From a bacterium (GTDB taxonomy: Bacteria; Electryoneota; AABM5-125-24; Hatepunaeales; Hatepunaeaceae), in assembly GCA_021734165.1 (NCBI GenBank), contig JAIPJL010000005.1, forward strand, positions 130-64,129: a stretch of DNA of 64,000 bases. Reading direction: 5' to 3'. Position numbers and translations under genes: made by a program. Under the pieces are notes generated by a model that saw only the letters and a list, made by a program, of their open reading frames with translations, was not told the origin of the DNA and made no database searches. Below are positions 40,680 to 51,184 of the stretch, piece by piece (the first letter of the stretch is position 1; the number at the start of each line of letters is the position of its first letter).

Positions 40680-42187
40680 AAGTAGAGCATAAAACAAAAG
40701 ATAAAAATATGAACATTAAAAACGAATCAGGTAAGATATCTGGGTTTGGCTTAACATTTGATGATGTTCTGATTGAACCTCGTAGATCATCAGTGTTACC
40801 ACATCAGGTAAGTTTAAGAACTAAGGTCACTCGAAATATCAGCCTTAATATTCCTTTTCTGAGCGCTGCGATGGATACTGTTACCGAGTCGGAACTGGCA
40901 ATTGCTATTGCGCGTGAGGGTGGTATTGGAGTAATACACAAGAACCTCTCTATCGCTGAACAGGCTGCTCAGGTTAAGAAGGTAAAGAGATCCGAAAGTT
41001 TTATTATTGCTGAGCCGGTAACTTTACCTTATGATAGACCACTATCTCATGCGCTGGATGTAATGTCAAAGTATGGAATTTCTGGAATTCCAATTGTAGA
41101 TGGCGATGTGCTTTGTGGTATCCTGACGCATCGTGATATACGCTTTGCAGATGATACAAGCCTGCCGATCTCTAAATACATGACAAAAATGCCGATTGTG
41201 ACAACTCCGGTTGGGACCACAGTTGATGATGCTAAAGCAATTTTCATTAAACATCACATCGAAAAACTACCGGTAGTTGATGGAAGAGGGCATTTAGTTG
41301 GTTTGATTACAGCAAAGGATATTGAGAAAAAGCGTGACTTTCCCAATGCCTGTATGGATGATCATGGCAGACTTCGAGCAGGCGCTGCTGTGGGAGTTGC
41401 TGCAAATACAATGGAACGAGTGTCAGGTTTGGTTGAGCAGGAAATTGACTTAATAACGGTTGATACGGCACATGGTCATTCTGAAGGTGTACTTAAAACT
41501 GTTGAAAGAATAAAGAGTGATTTTCCTGATGTTCAAATATTAGCAGGTAACATTGCCACTGCACAGGGAGCGCTTGATCTTGTTTCTGCCGGCGCTGATG
41601 GAGTAAAGGTTGGGATTGGAGCAGGGGCTATTTGTACAACCAGGGTTATTGCAGGAATTGGTGTACCTCAGATCACGGCAGTTATGTCCGCTTATGAAGC
41701 GCTTAAAGAAAGTGGAGTACCGATAGTTGCAGACGGAGGCGTCAGGTATTCAGGTGATGCAGCAAAGGCGCTGGCTGCCGGAGCTGATGCGGTTATGCTT
41801 GGTAACCTGCTTGCCGGTGTTGATGAGTCACCAGGCGAGACGGTTCTATGGGAAGGGCGTTCCTATAAAGTATATTACGGTATGGGTTCACTGGAAGCCA
41901 TGAAAAAAGGATCGGCAGATCGCTATTTCCAGGAAGGCGCTGAACCAGGCAAACTGGTTCCGGAAGGAATTGAAGGTCGTGTTCCGTACAAAGGAAAGCT
42001 TACAGATACTGTTTTTCAATTATGCGGAGGAATTAGGGCAGCAATGGGTTATTGTGGTTGTCCTGATTTTGAGAGTTTCAAAAATGAAACGCGCTTCGTG
42101 AAGATTACAGTATCGGGCGTTAAAGAAAGTCATCCACATGATGTAGTAATCACACGCGAAGCGCCTAATTATAATATATCGTTATGA
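40676..42187 (+). CDS. guaB: IMP dehydrogenase
   Basis: LTFDDVL, CBS pair, [16 protein letters not shown]; ATG 40676 overlaps the upstream stop (ATGA). Confidence 0.97.
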   Translation: MKVEHKTKDKNMNIKNESGKISGFGLTFDDVLIEPRRSSVLPHQVSLRTKVTRNISLNIPFLSAAMDTVTESELAIAIAREGGIGVIHKNLSIAEQAAQVKKVKRSESFIIAEPVTLPYDRPLSHALDVMSKYGISGIPIVDGDVLCGILTHRDIRFADDTSLPISKYMTKMPIVTTPVGTTVDDAKAIFIKHHIEKLPVVDGRGHLVGLITAKDIEKKRDFPNACMDDHGRLRAGAAVGVAANTMERVSGLVEQEIDLITVDTAHGHSEGVLKTVERIKSDFPDVQILAGNIATAQGALDLVSAGADGVKVGIGAGAICTTRVIAGIGVPQITAVMSAYEALKESGVPIVADGGVRYSGDAAKALAAGADAVMLGNLLAGVDESPGETVLWEGRSYKVYYGMGSLEAMKKGSADRYFQEGAEPGKLVPEGIEGRVPYKGKLTDTVFQLCGGIRAAMGYCGCPDFESFKNETRFVKITVSGVKESHPHDVVITREAPNYNISL

Positions 42188-42466
42188 AACTGATTCTGAA
42201 GATTCAGTTATTGCAAAACGATTTTCAACAGCTTTGTGAAGTCTGGATTTTCGACGTGCTGCAGTGTTGCGATGAATAATGCCTTTAACAACTAACCTGT
42301 CAAACAAAGCGTTAGTCTTTTGAAGGTCGTTATGCGCTGTATCGACATCTGTAGCTTCACGTACTTTACGCATTGCAGTGCGCATTTTCGAGCGATATTG
42401 TCGGTTTCGCAGGTTCGCCTTAAGATTTGTCTTAATGCGTTTCTTTGTTGATTTATGATGTGCCAT
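42182..42466 (-). CDS. rpsT: 30S ribosomal protein S20
   Basis: MAHHKSTKKR...KGIIHRNTAARRKSRL. Confidence 0.96.
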   Translation of the reverse strand: MAHHKSTKKRIKTNLKANLRNRQYRSKMRTAMRKVREATDVDTAHNDLQKTNALFDRLVVKGIIHRNTAARRKSRLHKAVENRFAITESSESVS

Positions 42467-42530
42467 GTCTTTTCCTAAAGATTACAATTTCACAAACACA
42501 CAAGTTAACACAATTTATCATGCTAAGTCA

Positions 42531-44984
42531 ATGTTAAGTAAGAAACATATTATAAACAAGAGATATTATTTTGTAATATTTCTCTTGTTGATAACGCATC
42601 TCTTCAGCAGTTGTGCATATTATAATTATTTCTATAATGCCAAAAAATACTACAATGATGGTGAGAAACAGCGAAAAGAAACGACAGATGACTCAGATAG
42701 AAGAAGCACGCGAGGATCATCTAATTATGACAAATGCATTGAATCTGCCGGTAGGATGTTGGAATACTATCCTGACAACCGCTGGGAGGACGACGCCTTA
42801 CTTCTGTTGGCAAAAGCATATTACAGAACTGAAAATTATCGTAAAGCAATAGGTAAGATTGATGAATTGATAGCAAAATATCCAAAATCAGAGTTTATTC
42901 AGGAGGGAAAGCTATGGAAAGGCATTTCACTTCTAAAGGTTTCACAGCCGGATTCCGGAAGACTTATTTTATCAGAATTATCTGGAGATGATGTACCTGT
43001 TGAGATTCGAGCCCAATCATATCTTGCTCTCGGTGAGTTCTACCATGAAGATGAACGTTGGGAGGAGGCAAGGATTGAATTCAGGAAAGTGCTTGATTCA
43101 GGCGTCAAAGATGAATATCTGAAAGGAATTGCCTGGGTGATGATTGGTGAATGTCTGACAAAACTTGATAAACCTGAAGAAGCTGTCAAATTGTATGAAG
43201 AAATACTTTGTTCTAAACCGAATCGAAGACTTAAACTGGAGGCAACGACTAAAAGAGCATTAGTGCTAATGCGTTTGAACAGGACAGAAGTGGCATTGAA
43301 ATCACTTGAAGAGTTGCTCCATGATGCTGCTTATGTGAATGATTTTCCACAGATCGAAATGATTGTCGCAAGATGTTTGATAGCGCTTCGAAAATATGAA
43401 GATGCTCAAAAAAAGCTTCAGAATCTTATTGATACGGAAAGACGCGGTGAACTTGCCGCTGAGGCAAATTATGAAATGGGTTGGCTTTTATGGGAACAAT
43501 GGCATGATTTTCCGAACGCATACAAATCTTTTGTTGAGGTGAAATCTGCCGATCGCACATCACCTTTCAGTACAGTAGCAGATTCACTTAAAAATGAGAT
43601 GGAGACACTTTACGGATCCTGGCAAAAGCTTATATTTCTTGAGAATCAAATTATTATTGCAGACAGTTCGATAAGTGGTTTAAGGGTAATGGTTGAAGCG
43701 GACACCGTATTCACTGACTCACTAAAACTTGTTACTGAGGCTGATAAGAAAAAGTCAAATCGAAGCAGAGATACAAAACGAAAACGGAAAGATAGAAGAA
43801 AAGAAGAAGAGTTGATAAGCGACAAAGAAGAGATCGCTGAAGGTGATTCCACCGTCGCAGAAGATGAAACAGTTGTCGCAGAATTTGATTCAACATTGCT
43901 TGTTTCTCTGATTTCACAAAGACGCACCGAGCAGATTATTGCTCGTATGGAATTGGCTGGATTTCATTTTTTTCAGAGGAATGATCCGGATAGCGCTGTT
44001 TATTACTATAATATGGTTGCTAATCTTGATACTGTGAATGAGATTTGGGGGAGAGCTGTTGCCGCTTTAGCATTTATTGCCGGGAACAGGGATGATGGTT
44101 TTAAACGAGATTCACTTTATAAACTGTTATATGAGAAGATGCCGGAAACAGACTTCAGTCGTTATGCATCAAAAGCTCTGGGGATGCAGGTTGAAACTCA
44201 AGAGACTGACAGTTTGTATCAGAGATTTATAAAAACTGAGAATTTATGGTGGAAATCAGACAATCAGGTTGAAGCGAGAGATGAATATCTTAGAATTGCA
44301 GAGATTGCTGATTCCGCCAGCGACATCCGTGCTAAAGCGTTGCTTGCCGCTGCATATTTATCCCGCAAGGTTATTAAGGACGATTCGCTTGCGTTAGCGC
44401 TTTATACTACCATTGCTGAAGAATACAAAGACACTGAAGCCGGTAGATTGGCAGCACGCAGAATCGATAAGAATCGTATCAAGCAAAATCAGGACGAGGT
44501 AGTTAAAGGAAATGAGCAGATGGAAATTGATGGCACTGAATCCAATCTTACTGGTGTGGGCGATTTTAGAAGAGATTTTACAATGGATGATGGAATAGAA
44601 GATGACAGAATTTATGAGCCGGACGAGGTTGATGAACTACCAAGATTGCTAACCAATTCAAGAAAACTGCAAGGCTATATTTCACAGTACTATCCTGAGG
44701 AAATCAGTGGCGAGAATATCACGAGTAGGGTGGAGATTAATTTTATTGTACAGCCTTCTTCGGAAATAAGCGAGGTAGAAATTGCATTTATTGATAGACC
44801 GGGGCAGGGTTTTGAGGATGCTGCTTTAGAGGTTATGAAGCATCTGAAATACACTGCTGGGAAAAGAATGGGTAAGAAGGTTCGTATTCGCATGAAACAA
44901 GTGTTGATTTTTGAGGAGGAGGAAGAAGGAGCTGGCGAGATCGATAAGTTCGATAAACCGGAAATGTGGAAAAATGGTAAATAA
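42531..44984 (+). CDS. TPR-repeat lipoprotein (SprE/PorW-like N terminus) with C-terminal TonB_C-like domain
   Basis: Lipobox LFSSC-AYYNYFYNA, multiple TPRs, then EVDELP...YPEE...VEINFIV...GFEDAALEV; start uncertain (42465 or 42531). Confidence 0.7.
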   Translation: MLSKKHIINKRYYFVIFLLLITHLFSSCAYYNYFYNAKKYYNDGEKQRKETTDDSDRRSTRGSSNYDKCIESAGRMLEYYPDNRWEDDALLLLAKAYYRTENYRKAIGKIDELIAKYPKSEFIQEGKLWKGISLLKVSQPDSGRLILSELSGDDVPVEIRAQSYLALGEFYHEDERWEEARIEFRKVLDSGVKDEYLKGIAWVMIGECLTKLDKPEEAVKLYEEILCSKPNRRLKLEATTKRALVLMRLNRTEVALKSLEELLHDAAYVNDFPQIEMIVARCLIALRKYEDAQKKLQNLIDTERRGELAAEANYEMGWLLWEQWHDFPNAYKSFVEVKSADRTSPFSTVADSLKNEMETLYGSWQKLIFLENQIIIADSSISGLRVMVEADTVFTDSLKLVTEADKKKSNRSRDTKRKRKDRRKEEELISDKEEIAEGDSTVAEDETVVAEFDSTLLVSLISQRRTEQIIARMELAGFHFFQRNDPDSAVYYYNMVANLDTVNEIWGRAVAALAFIAGNRDDGFKRDSLYKLLYEKMPETDFSRYASKALGMQVETQETDSLYQRFIKTENLWWKSDNQVEARDEYLRIAEIADSASDIRAKALLAAAYLSRKVIKDDSLALALYTTIAEEYKDTEAGRLAARRIDKNRIKQNQDEVVKGNEQMEIDGTESNLTGVGDFRRDFTMDDGIEDDRIYEPDEVDELPRLLTNSRKLQGYISQYYPEEISGENITSRVEINFIVQPSSEISEVEIAFIDRPGQGFEDAALEVMKHLKYTAGKRMGKKVRIRMKQVLIFEEEEEGAGEIDKFDKPEMWKNGK

Positions 44985-45783
44985 GATTAAAATGTCAATA
45001 ATAGAAAAAGGAATAATAACCGACATTAAACAAATATCCGGAGATATATGGGATATGACGGTTGCAGCTTCACAAATCGCTAGAAACTCAAAACCCGGTC
45101 AGTTTGTTCATGTAAAGGTTAACAATGGCTTCAAACCTTTCTTAAGAAGACCTTTAAGCATTGGTCCTGTCAACGGTGATACTCTTAGGCTGATCTTTCT
45201 GGTTAAAGGTGGAGGAACACAGATTCTGGCTAAGAAAAATGTTGGTGAAGAGATTGATATGATAGGACCACTTGGCAGCGCTTTTAGAATGCCGAAAAAG
45301 GATGAATTCCCGATATTTATGGCTGGTGGAATTGGCATAGTTCCACTTCTTTTTCTTGATGATTGTTTGACAAACGATATACAACGATTGTTTCTATTAG
45401 GGCTTCGATCCAGATCATTTTCTACTGTATCCGACGATGAGCTTAATAAACGCAGTATATATGTATCCAGTGATGATGGCAGCATTGGTTTTAAAGGAAA
45501 CGTAATTGAGCTTCTTACCGAACAACTTGATAATAATAAACTCATTAACCCTATTATTTACAGTTGTGGTCCGGGAATTATGTTAGCCAAGTTAAAGGAG
45601 TTTTGCGAGATGCGTCAAATTCCTGCTTATGTGTCGCTTGAGGTTCCAATGGGGTGTGGTGTAGGCGCTTGCCAGAGCTGCGCTGTTCCGAAAGCTGATG
45701 GGGATGGTTATTACTTGGTTTGCCAGGATGGACCTGTTTTCGATGCTTCACTGGTTAATTTGAATCATGGGGAATTACCATGA
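44974..45783 (+). CDS. pyrK: Dihydroorotate dehydrogenase electron-transfer subunit
   Basis: LRRPLS, AGGIG, CGP, MGCGVGACQSC...CQDGPVF. Confidence 0.92.
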   Translation: MVNKIKMSIIEKGIITDIKQISGDIWDMTVAASQIARNSKPGQFVHVKVNNGFKPFLRRPLSIGPVNGDTLRLIFLVKGGGTQILAKKNVGEEIDMIGPLGSAFRMPKKDEFPIFMAGGIGIVPLLFLDDCLTNDIQRLFLLGLRSRSFSTVSDDELNKRSIYVSSDDGSIGFKGNVIELLTEQLDNNKLINPIIYSCGPGIMLAKLKEFCEMRQIPAYVSLEVPMGCGVGACQSCAVPKADGDGYYLVCQDGPVFDASLVNLNHGELP

Positions 45784-46697
45784 TAGTAAACGCAAACGTC
45801 AGGATGGGGGATATCGAGCTTAGAACACCACTTTTAACCGGATCCGGCACTTTTGGCTATGGCAGCGAATTTGAGGATTTGACGGATTATTCAGCGCTTG
45901 GTGGTATTGTCACCAAGTCTCTGTCTTTTGAGCCGAGAGCCGGGAATCCACCACCGCGAATATGTGAAACATCTTCAGGTGGTATAATCAATTCAATTGG
46001 ACTGGCGAATGTGGGCATTGAAGAGTTTTTAGGTAGTAAAGTCAATGAACTTCCACTTGATAAAACTGAGGTATTCCTAAGTGTTGTAGGTGATTCTGTT
46101 GAAGATTTTACGAAGGTTGTTGAGAGATTAGAAGACGTAGAAAGAATCGCTGGTTATGAACTGAATGTCTCATGTCCAAATGTTAAACGAGGTGGTTTAA
46201 GCCTAGGAGGAGACAGGGAGGCAGTAACTGCAATTGTCAGAGAAGTAAGGGCTTTAACGAAGCGTTTTATATCGGTTAAGTTGACTCCGCATTATACATT
46301 GATTGCTCCCGTTGCGCAGGCGGCAGTTGATGCCGGAGCTGATGCTTTGACGCTGATAAACACTTTGGTTGGTATGGAGATTAATGCTGAAACACGCAAA
46401 CCGCTGTTGGGGAATATCACAGGTGGCTACAGCGGACCTCCGTTGAAACCTGTCGCCCTGGCAAAGGTCTGGCAGGCAGCTCAGGTGGTCGATGTGCCGA
46501 TTTGGGCATCAGGCGGTATCGTAAACGGTATTGATGCAATTGAGTTTCTGCTTACGGGCGCTACTGCATTACAGGTTGGTTCCGTTCTATTTGCTGATCC
46601 TAAGGCACCGACTCGCATATTAAATGAGATGATTCAGTATTGTGAACGGCATAACGTTGATAGTTTCACAGACCTGATCGGAGGACTAAGAACTTGA
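45780..46697 (+). CDS. pyrD: Dihydroorotate dehydrogenase (family 1B)
   Basis: GSGTFG, NSIGLAN, ELNVSCPN, VKLTP, INT. Confidence 0.95.
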   Translation: MIVNANVRMGDIELRTPLLTGSGTFGYGSEFEDLTDYSALGGIVTKSLSFEPRAGNPPPRICETSSGGIINSIGLANVGIEEFLGSKVNELPLDKTEVFLSVVGDSVEDFTKVVERLEDVERIAGYELNVSCPNVKRGGLSLGGDREAVTAIVREVRALTKRFISVKLTPHYTLIAPVAQAAVDAGADALTLINTLVGMEINAETRKPLLGNITGGYSGPPLKPVALAKVWQAAQVVDVPIWASGGIVNGIDAIEFLLTGATALQVGSVLFADPKAPTRILNEMIQYCERHNVDSFTDLIGGLRT

Positions 46698-47155
46698 ACT
46701 ATTACATTAAGTATGTCGTGTATCTTATTATTACTGCATTAATAACATTTACATTTCAATCCTGTACTCCAGCTCCGCGCTTTCGAGATAAACCTGTAAA
46801 AAGAGGACATTATAAAAAGCCATCGAAATCTCCTAAGCAGTTCAAAGTTGGACAGATTCTAACCGGTGAAGCTTCTTGGTACGGACCAAAATTCAACGGT
46901 AGAAAAACTGCAAACGGCGAAGTATTTGATATGAATGGCAAGACTGCTGCACATAAAGAATTACCCTTCGATACTTGGGTCGAAGTTACAAATCTCGCTA
47001 ATGGCAAGAAAGTGAATGTACGAATCAATGACAGAGGTCCTTTTGTAAAGAAACGGATCCTCGATTTATCGAAGGGAGCAGCCGTGGAAATCGGTCTGGA
47101 TAAAATGGGTGTGACCAAGGTTGAAATACGAATAATATCGCTGGGAGATAAATGA
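46694..47155 (+). CDS. rlpA: RlpA-family lytic transglycosylase lipoprotein
   Basis: Lipobox FQSC; GEASWYG, TANGE, AAHKELPF, INDRGPF, LDLS. Confidence 0.9.
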   Translation: MNYYIKYVVYLIITALITFTFQSCTPAPRFRDKPVKRGHYKKPSKSPKQFKVGQILTGEASWYGPKFNGRKTANGEVFDMNGKTAAHKELPFDTWVEVTNLANGKKVNVRINDRGPFVKKRILDLSKGAAVEIGLDKMGVTKVEIRIISLGDK

Positions 47156-47988
47156 AAAAGGGTGGATTAGGTTCCAGATTGCTTGTTGCTGCATGGGGGA
47201 TACCGCTGCTGCTGGGATTAACCTGGCTGGGAGGATGGTGGACTGCGCTGTTGATTGGCTGTATTTCAACAATGGCTTTGATTGAGTATTATTCGATGCA
47301 GAAGGAGTTAGGCAGGGCACCAACAAAATGGATTGGGATAATTACAGGACTGGCAATAATTTTTGTCTGGAAAATCGATATTACGAAGTTTGATATTATA
47401 TATTTCCATTGGGTATTGATAGTGGCTTGTCTGATCTTAATGGTTTTTATGATGATGCGTGGAAGAAGTCATCTTGATTTCTCATCAACATTAAGCGGTT
47501 TGATTTATATCCCTTTACTGGCAGGCAGTTTCATCGCTGTCAGGGACTGGAATACAGGTTCAATTGAGAACGAGGGCAGGTGGCTGGCGTATGGAATTTG
47601 GGGAGCGATTTGGATTTGTGATACCGCAGCTTATTTTGGTGGTAAAGCGCTGGGAAAGCATAAGCTAGCTCCTACCATCAGTCCCAATAAAACTGTCGAG
47701 GGTTTTCTTTTTGGATTTGCAGGATCCGTTATATTCAGCCTTGCCTGGTGGAAGGTAGGTTTGATAGAGTTGGATGTCAGCATAATACTGGCAATTGCTG
47801 CAGGATTGTTCGGACAGGTGGGAGATCTTGCCGAATCCGCGTTGAAGCGAGAAGCAAAGGTTAAAGATTCGAGCGCGCTGTTGCCCGGGCATGGCGGTAT
47901 TCTTGATCGCTTTGACAGTCTGCTGTTTACAGCGCCGGTGGTGGCTATGTACCTGGTTGTAAGGCCTGAAGTTTTGTATTATTTGTAG
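47152..47988 (+). CDS. cdsA: Phosphatidate cytidylyltransferase
   Basis: DTAAY, SPNKTVEG, GDLAES..KR..KDS..PGHGGILDRFD. Confidence 0.95.
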   Translation: MKKGGLGSRLLVAAWGIPLLLGLTWLGGWWTALLIGCISTMALIEYYSMQKELGRAPTKWIGIITGLAIIFVWKIDITKFDIIYFHWVLIVACLILMVFMMMRGRSHLDFSSTLSGLIYIPLLAGSFIAVRDWNTGSIENEGRWLAYGIWGAIWICDTAAYFGGKALGKHKLAPTISPNKTVEGFLFGFAGSVIFSLAWWKVGLIELDVSIILAIAAGLFGQVGDLAESALKREAKVKDSSALLPGHGGILDRFDSLLFTAPVVAMYLVVRPEVLYYL

Positions 47989-47992
47989 AGTG

Positions 47993-48060
47993 AAGCGTGT
48001 CTTACAGCCTGAAGGCTGAACTCTGAACTTTTGAGCTGGAGTAACGAAGCTTGCTTCGTT
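47993..48060. repeat. Half copy of the GTTCAGAG..CAGCCTTCAGGCTG repeat plus a second hairpin
   Basis: rc of 47993-48028 matches 57896-57931; aacgaagc-tt-gcttcgtt at 48043-48060. Confidence 0.7.
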
Positions 48061-48104
48061 GATTTTCGATAAAACAACAATTCAAAATAAATAAAGCAAA
48101 AACA

Positions 48105-48926
48105 ATGTTTAAAATTCCAATCGAGGAACTTACAAAGAAAGCCTATAATATCCGTAAGAACCTGATCGAGCTGATGTATCGCTCAGGATCAGGGCATCTG
48201 GATACTTCGCTAAGTCTGGTGGAGATATGGATTTCTACTGTATATTCCGATTTTTTCAAGTTTGATCCAAATAACGGAGCTTGGGAGGAAAGAGACCGTA
48301 TTTTCCTCTCCGAAGGACATGCCTGCCCGCTTCAGTACTGCGTTAATGCAGAGCTTGGTTATTATCCGATTGATGACCTGTTTAACACGTTCAGACAACC
48401 GGAAAGCCCGTTCCAGGGTCACACCAAGCGCAGTTTGAAACATGGCTTCGAGAATTCCAACGGAAGTCTCAGCATCGGTTTATGGCATGCTTATGGTCAT
48501 GCGCTGGCAACGGATCGCTATGTGTTCTGCGTTGCCGGTGATGGTGAATTCCAGGAGCCTTCCAGCCAGAGTCTGCTGTTTGCTCCGTTCAACATGAAAC
48601 CGGCGCCTAATTTTACTCTGCTGTTGAACTACAACCGACTCGCCCAGGATAATATGGTCGATCTGGGTCCGATTGCCGATGTGGCTGCGTTGTATAACTG
48701 GCAGGTGTTACAGGTTGACGGGCACAGTTTCCAGGCGCTCGGTGAGGCTTTCCAGCAGGCAATTAAAGACACGGAACGTCCTTCCTTTATCGTTTGTAAT
48801 ACTACCAAAGGCAAGGGCGGGGCTATTGAATTTGCCGGGAAGCTCGGTCATCATGGTGTTCCTCCTAAGGGTGAAGAGGAATACAAAGCATATCTTGCGG
48901 GTCTTGAAGCAGGGAGGCAGAAATAA
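48105..48926 (+). CDS. Transketolase, N-terminal (TPP-binding) subunit
   Basis: GSGH, RDRIFLSEGH, GDGE..E, VDGH, TTKGKG. Confidence 0.88.
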   Translation: MFKIPIEELTKKAYNIRKNLIELMYRSGSGHLDTSLSLVEIWISTVYSDFFKFDPNNGAWEERDRIFLSEGHACPLQYCVNAELGYYPIDDLFNTFRQPESPFQGHTKRSLKHGFENSNGSLSIGLWHAYGHALATDRYVFCVAGDGEFQEPSSQSLLFAPFNMKPAPNFTLLLNYNRLAQDNMVDLGPIADVAALYNWQVLQVDGHSFQALGEAFQQAIKDTERPSFIVCNTTKGKGGAIEFAGKLGHHGVPPKGEEEYKAYLAGLEAGRQK

Positions 48927-48928
48927 TT

Positions 48929-49861
48929 ATGGAAACTTACGGAAACGAATCACTGCGCGAGGCTTTTGGAAAAGCTTTAATTGATGCCGGTAAAATCTGG
49001 AATAACCTTGTTGTACTCGACGCCGGTACGAAGAATTCCACCTACAGTCAGAAATTTCAGGAAGTATTCCCTGACAGGTTTTACACGCCCGGTATTAACG
49101 AACCCGGAATGGTCGGAGCAGCAACCGGAATGGCTATGGCTGGCAAGCGGGTAGTTGCCTGTGATATGTCGGTATTTTTGCATCATGCCTACGCTCAGAT
49201 AAGAGCTGCCGCGAGGCAGGGAAGTGACATGCACATGATTATAGCAGCCACTCATACAGGCGTAGCCGTTGGTCCTGATGGTGGATCTGCCCATGATCTG
49301 ACAGATCTGGCGAGGATGAGATTAGTAGCTGGGTTTAATGTCATTACTCCGTGGGATGGTCGTCAGATAAGAAGCGTTCTTCAGGTAATACTTGAAGAGA
49401 AGGGACTGTACTATGTCAGGCTCAACCGCCCTAAAGTACCCCTGTTTTTACCCGAACCGGCTCCCTTTGAACTCGGAAAAGCATACAAACTTTCTGAGGG
49501 CGAACGGGTCACTATTATCGCCGTCGGTGACAAGGTCTATAACGCACTTATCGCGTCGGAGGAATTGGGTAAAGGTTTCGCTGATGTGATTGGAGTATCC
49601 ACTCTTGAGCCGTTAGATTCAGACACTATTATTGCTTCAGCGAAAAAGACCGGTAAAGTAATAACTGTAGAAGATCACTTATACATTGGTGGTTTATTTG
49701 AAGCAGTGGCTGGAGTGTTAGTGCAGCATCATCCAACACCGATGCGTCGCATTGCCCTTGACAGGATTTTCACCACATCCGGTGATCCTGATGAACTGGC
49801 TGAGATTTACGGTGTGAACACAGCAGCGATTGTCAGGATGTGTAAGGAGTTTGTGGGATAG
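48929..49861 (+). CDS. Transketolase, C-terminal subunit
   Basis: GINEPGMVG.A.G, GPDGGSAH, ITVEDH. Confidence 0.88.
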   Translation: METYGNESLREAFGKALIDAGKIWNNLVVLDAGTKNSTYSQKFQEVFPDRFYTPGINEPGMVGAATGMAMAGKRVVACDMSVFLHHAYAQIRAAARQGSDMHMIIAATHTGVAVGPDGGSAHDLTDLARMRLVAGFNVITPWDGRQIRSVLQVILEEKGLYYVRLNRPKVPLFLPEPAPFELGKAYKLSEGERVTIIAVGDKVYNALIASEELGKGFADVIGVSTLEPLDSDTIIASAKKTGKVITVEDHLYIGGLFEAVAGVLVQHHPTPMRRIALDRIFTTSGDPDELAEIYGVNTAAIVRMCKEFVG

Positions 49862-49884
49862 GATATAAAGAATGTGATAGTCAC

Positions 49885-49984
49885 GTAGGGGCCGATTTAT
49901 CGAGCCCATTGGAAGATGGGGCTCAGCAAGCTGGCCCCTACGCGTAAGGTTATTTAGAGTGCTGTCAGGCATCCTCGCCTGACA
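49885..49984. repeat. GTAG-type REP pair plus a TCCT-loop hairpin
   Basis: gtaggggcc...ggcccctac (49885-49941); gagtgctgtcaggc-atcctc-gcctgaca (49957-49984). Confidence 0.72.
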
Positions 49985-50018
49985 CGTTAGTCCTTTAAAA
50001 TATCGTGAAAAGGCGACC

Positions 50019-50996
50019 ATGCCCAACCTACTTGAAGTAAGAGACCTGTGTACGTATTTTCACTCCGACGACGGCGTTGCCAAAGCCGTTGACGGGGTGT
50101 CGTTCAACGTTGAAGCCGGAAAGACGCTCGGAATTGTCGGTGAGTCCGGCTGCGGGAAGACCGTGAGCTGCCTCAGCGTTTTGCGGTTGATACAGATTCC
50201 ACCGGGTGAGATCGCAAGCGGTGAAGTCATTTTCAACGGCGTCGATCTGCTGAAGCTGCCAGAAAGCGAAATGCGTCACATCCGCGGTAACGATATAGCC
50301 ATGATCTTCCAGGAACCGATGACGTCGCTCAATCCGGTGTTTACCTGCGGAGATCAGGTGGTCGAAGCCGTCATGCTTCACCAGGATGCATCCTCAGATG
50401 ACGCCCGTGAAAAGGCGCTTGAGATGTTCAAACTGGTTGGCATTCCCGATCCTGAGCGGCGGCTTGACGAGTACCCGCATCAGCTCTCTGGAGGACTCCG
50501 GCAGCGGGTGATGATTGCAATGGCTTTGTCATGTCATCCCAAGCTGCTGATCTGCGACGAACCGACGACCGCGCTGGACGTCACCATACAGGCGCAGATA
50601 CTGGAGTTGCTGAAAGACCTACAGAAGCGACTTGGCATGGCGATTATCATGATCACGCATGACCTGGGTGTGGTGGCTGAAACCTGCGACAGGGTGGTGG
50701 TTATGTACGCCGGCAAGGTCGCTGAAACGGGTGACGCAAGCTCGATCTTCCACCGACCGCAGCATCCGTATTCGATTGGACTGCAGCACGCCATTCCCAA
50801 GATGGGCGTCCGCAAAGAGAAACTGCATCAGATCGAAGGCGTCGTTCCCAATCCGCTTGACTTTCCACCCGGCTGCAAGTTCCATCCCCGCTGCCCGATT
50901 GCGGACGACAGATGCAAGACTGAAGAACCTGTCCTTAAAGGACACAGCGGAGGGAATCAGGTTGCCTGCTGGAAGGCGGGAGAGTTTAAGCTTTAG
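50019..50996 (+). CDS. Peptide ABC transporter ATPase (OppD/DppD-like), no partners nearby
   Basis: [24 protein letters not shown]-terminal GCKFHPRC. Confidence 0.92.
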   Translation: MPNLLEVRDLCTYFHSDDGVAKAVDGVSFNVEAGKTLGIVGESGCGKTVSCLSVLRLIQIPPGEIASGEVIFNGVDLLKLPESEMRHIRGNDIAMIFQEPMTSLNPVFTCGDQVVEAVMLHQDASSDDAREKALEMFKLVGIPDPERRLDEYPHQLSGGLRQRVMIAMALSCHPKLLICDEPTTALDVTIQAQILELLKDLQKRLGMAIIMITHDLGVVAETCDRVVVMYAGKVAETGDASSIFHRPQHPYSIGLQHAIPKMGVRKEKLHQIEGVVPNPLDFPPGCKFHPRCPIADDRCKTEEPVLKGHSGGNQVACWKAGEFKL

Positions 50997-51045
50997 GGAA
51001 TTTTGAATTTTGGATTTTGGATGATGAGCAGTACTAACAGTAGGG

Positions 51046-51069
51046 GTGGGGCAGACATTCTTGTCTGCC
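51046..51069. repeat. REP-like hairpin
   Basis: gtgg tail + ggcagaca-ttct-tgtctgcc. Confidence 0.65.
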
Positions 51070-51094
51070 GAATATCAATGCCCGCGTAGTCAAT

Positions 51095-51174
51095 GTAGCC
51101 CGGATTTCCCAAATCCGGGGATCCAGATTTCTTTAATAATCCCGGCTTGCCTTCAAGCCGGGCTACGAAACTAA
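51095..51174 (-). repeat. ~80-bp REPIN-like unit, copy 1 (inverted)
   Basis: rc = ttagtttcgtagcccggcttgaaggcaagccgggattattaaagaaatctggatccccggatttgggaaatccgggctac. Confidence 0.85.
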
Positions 51175-51184
51175 GGAGGACGAA

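Noticed and set aside
42182-42187. 6-bp convergent overlap of guaB and rpsT
   Set aside because: Short 3' overlaps are ordinary in compact genomes.
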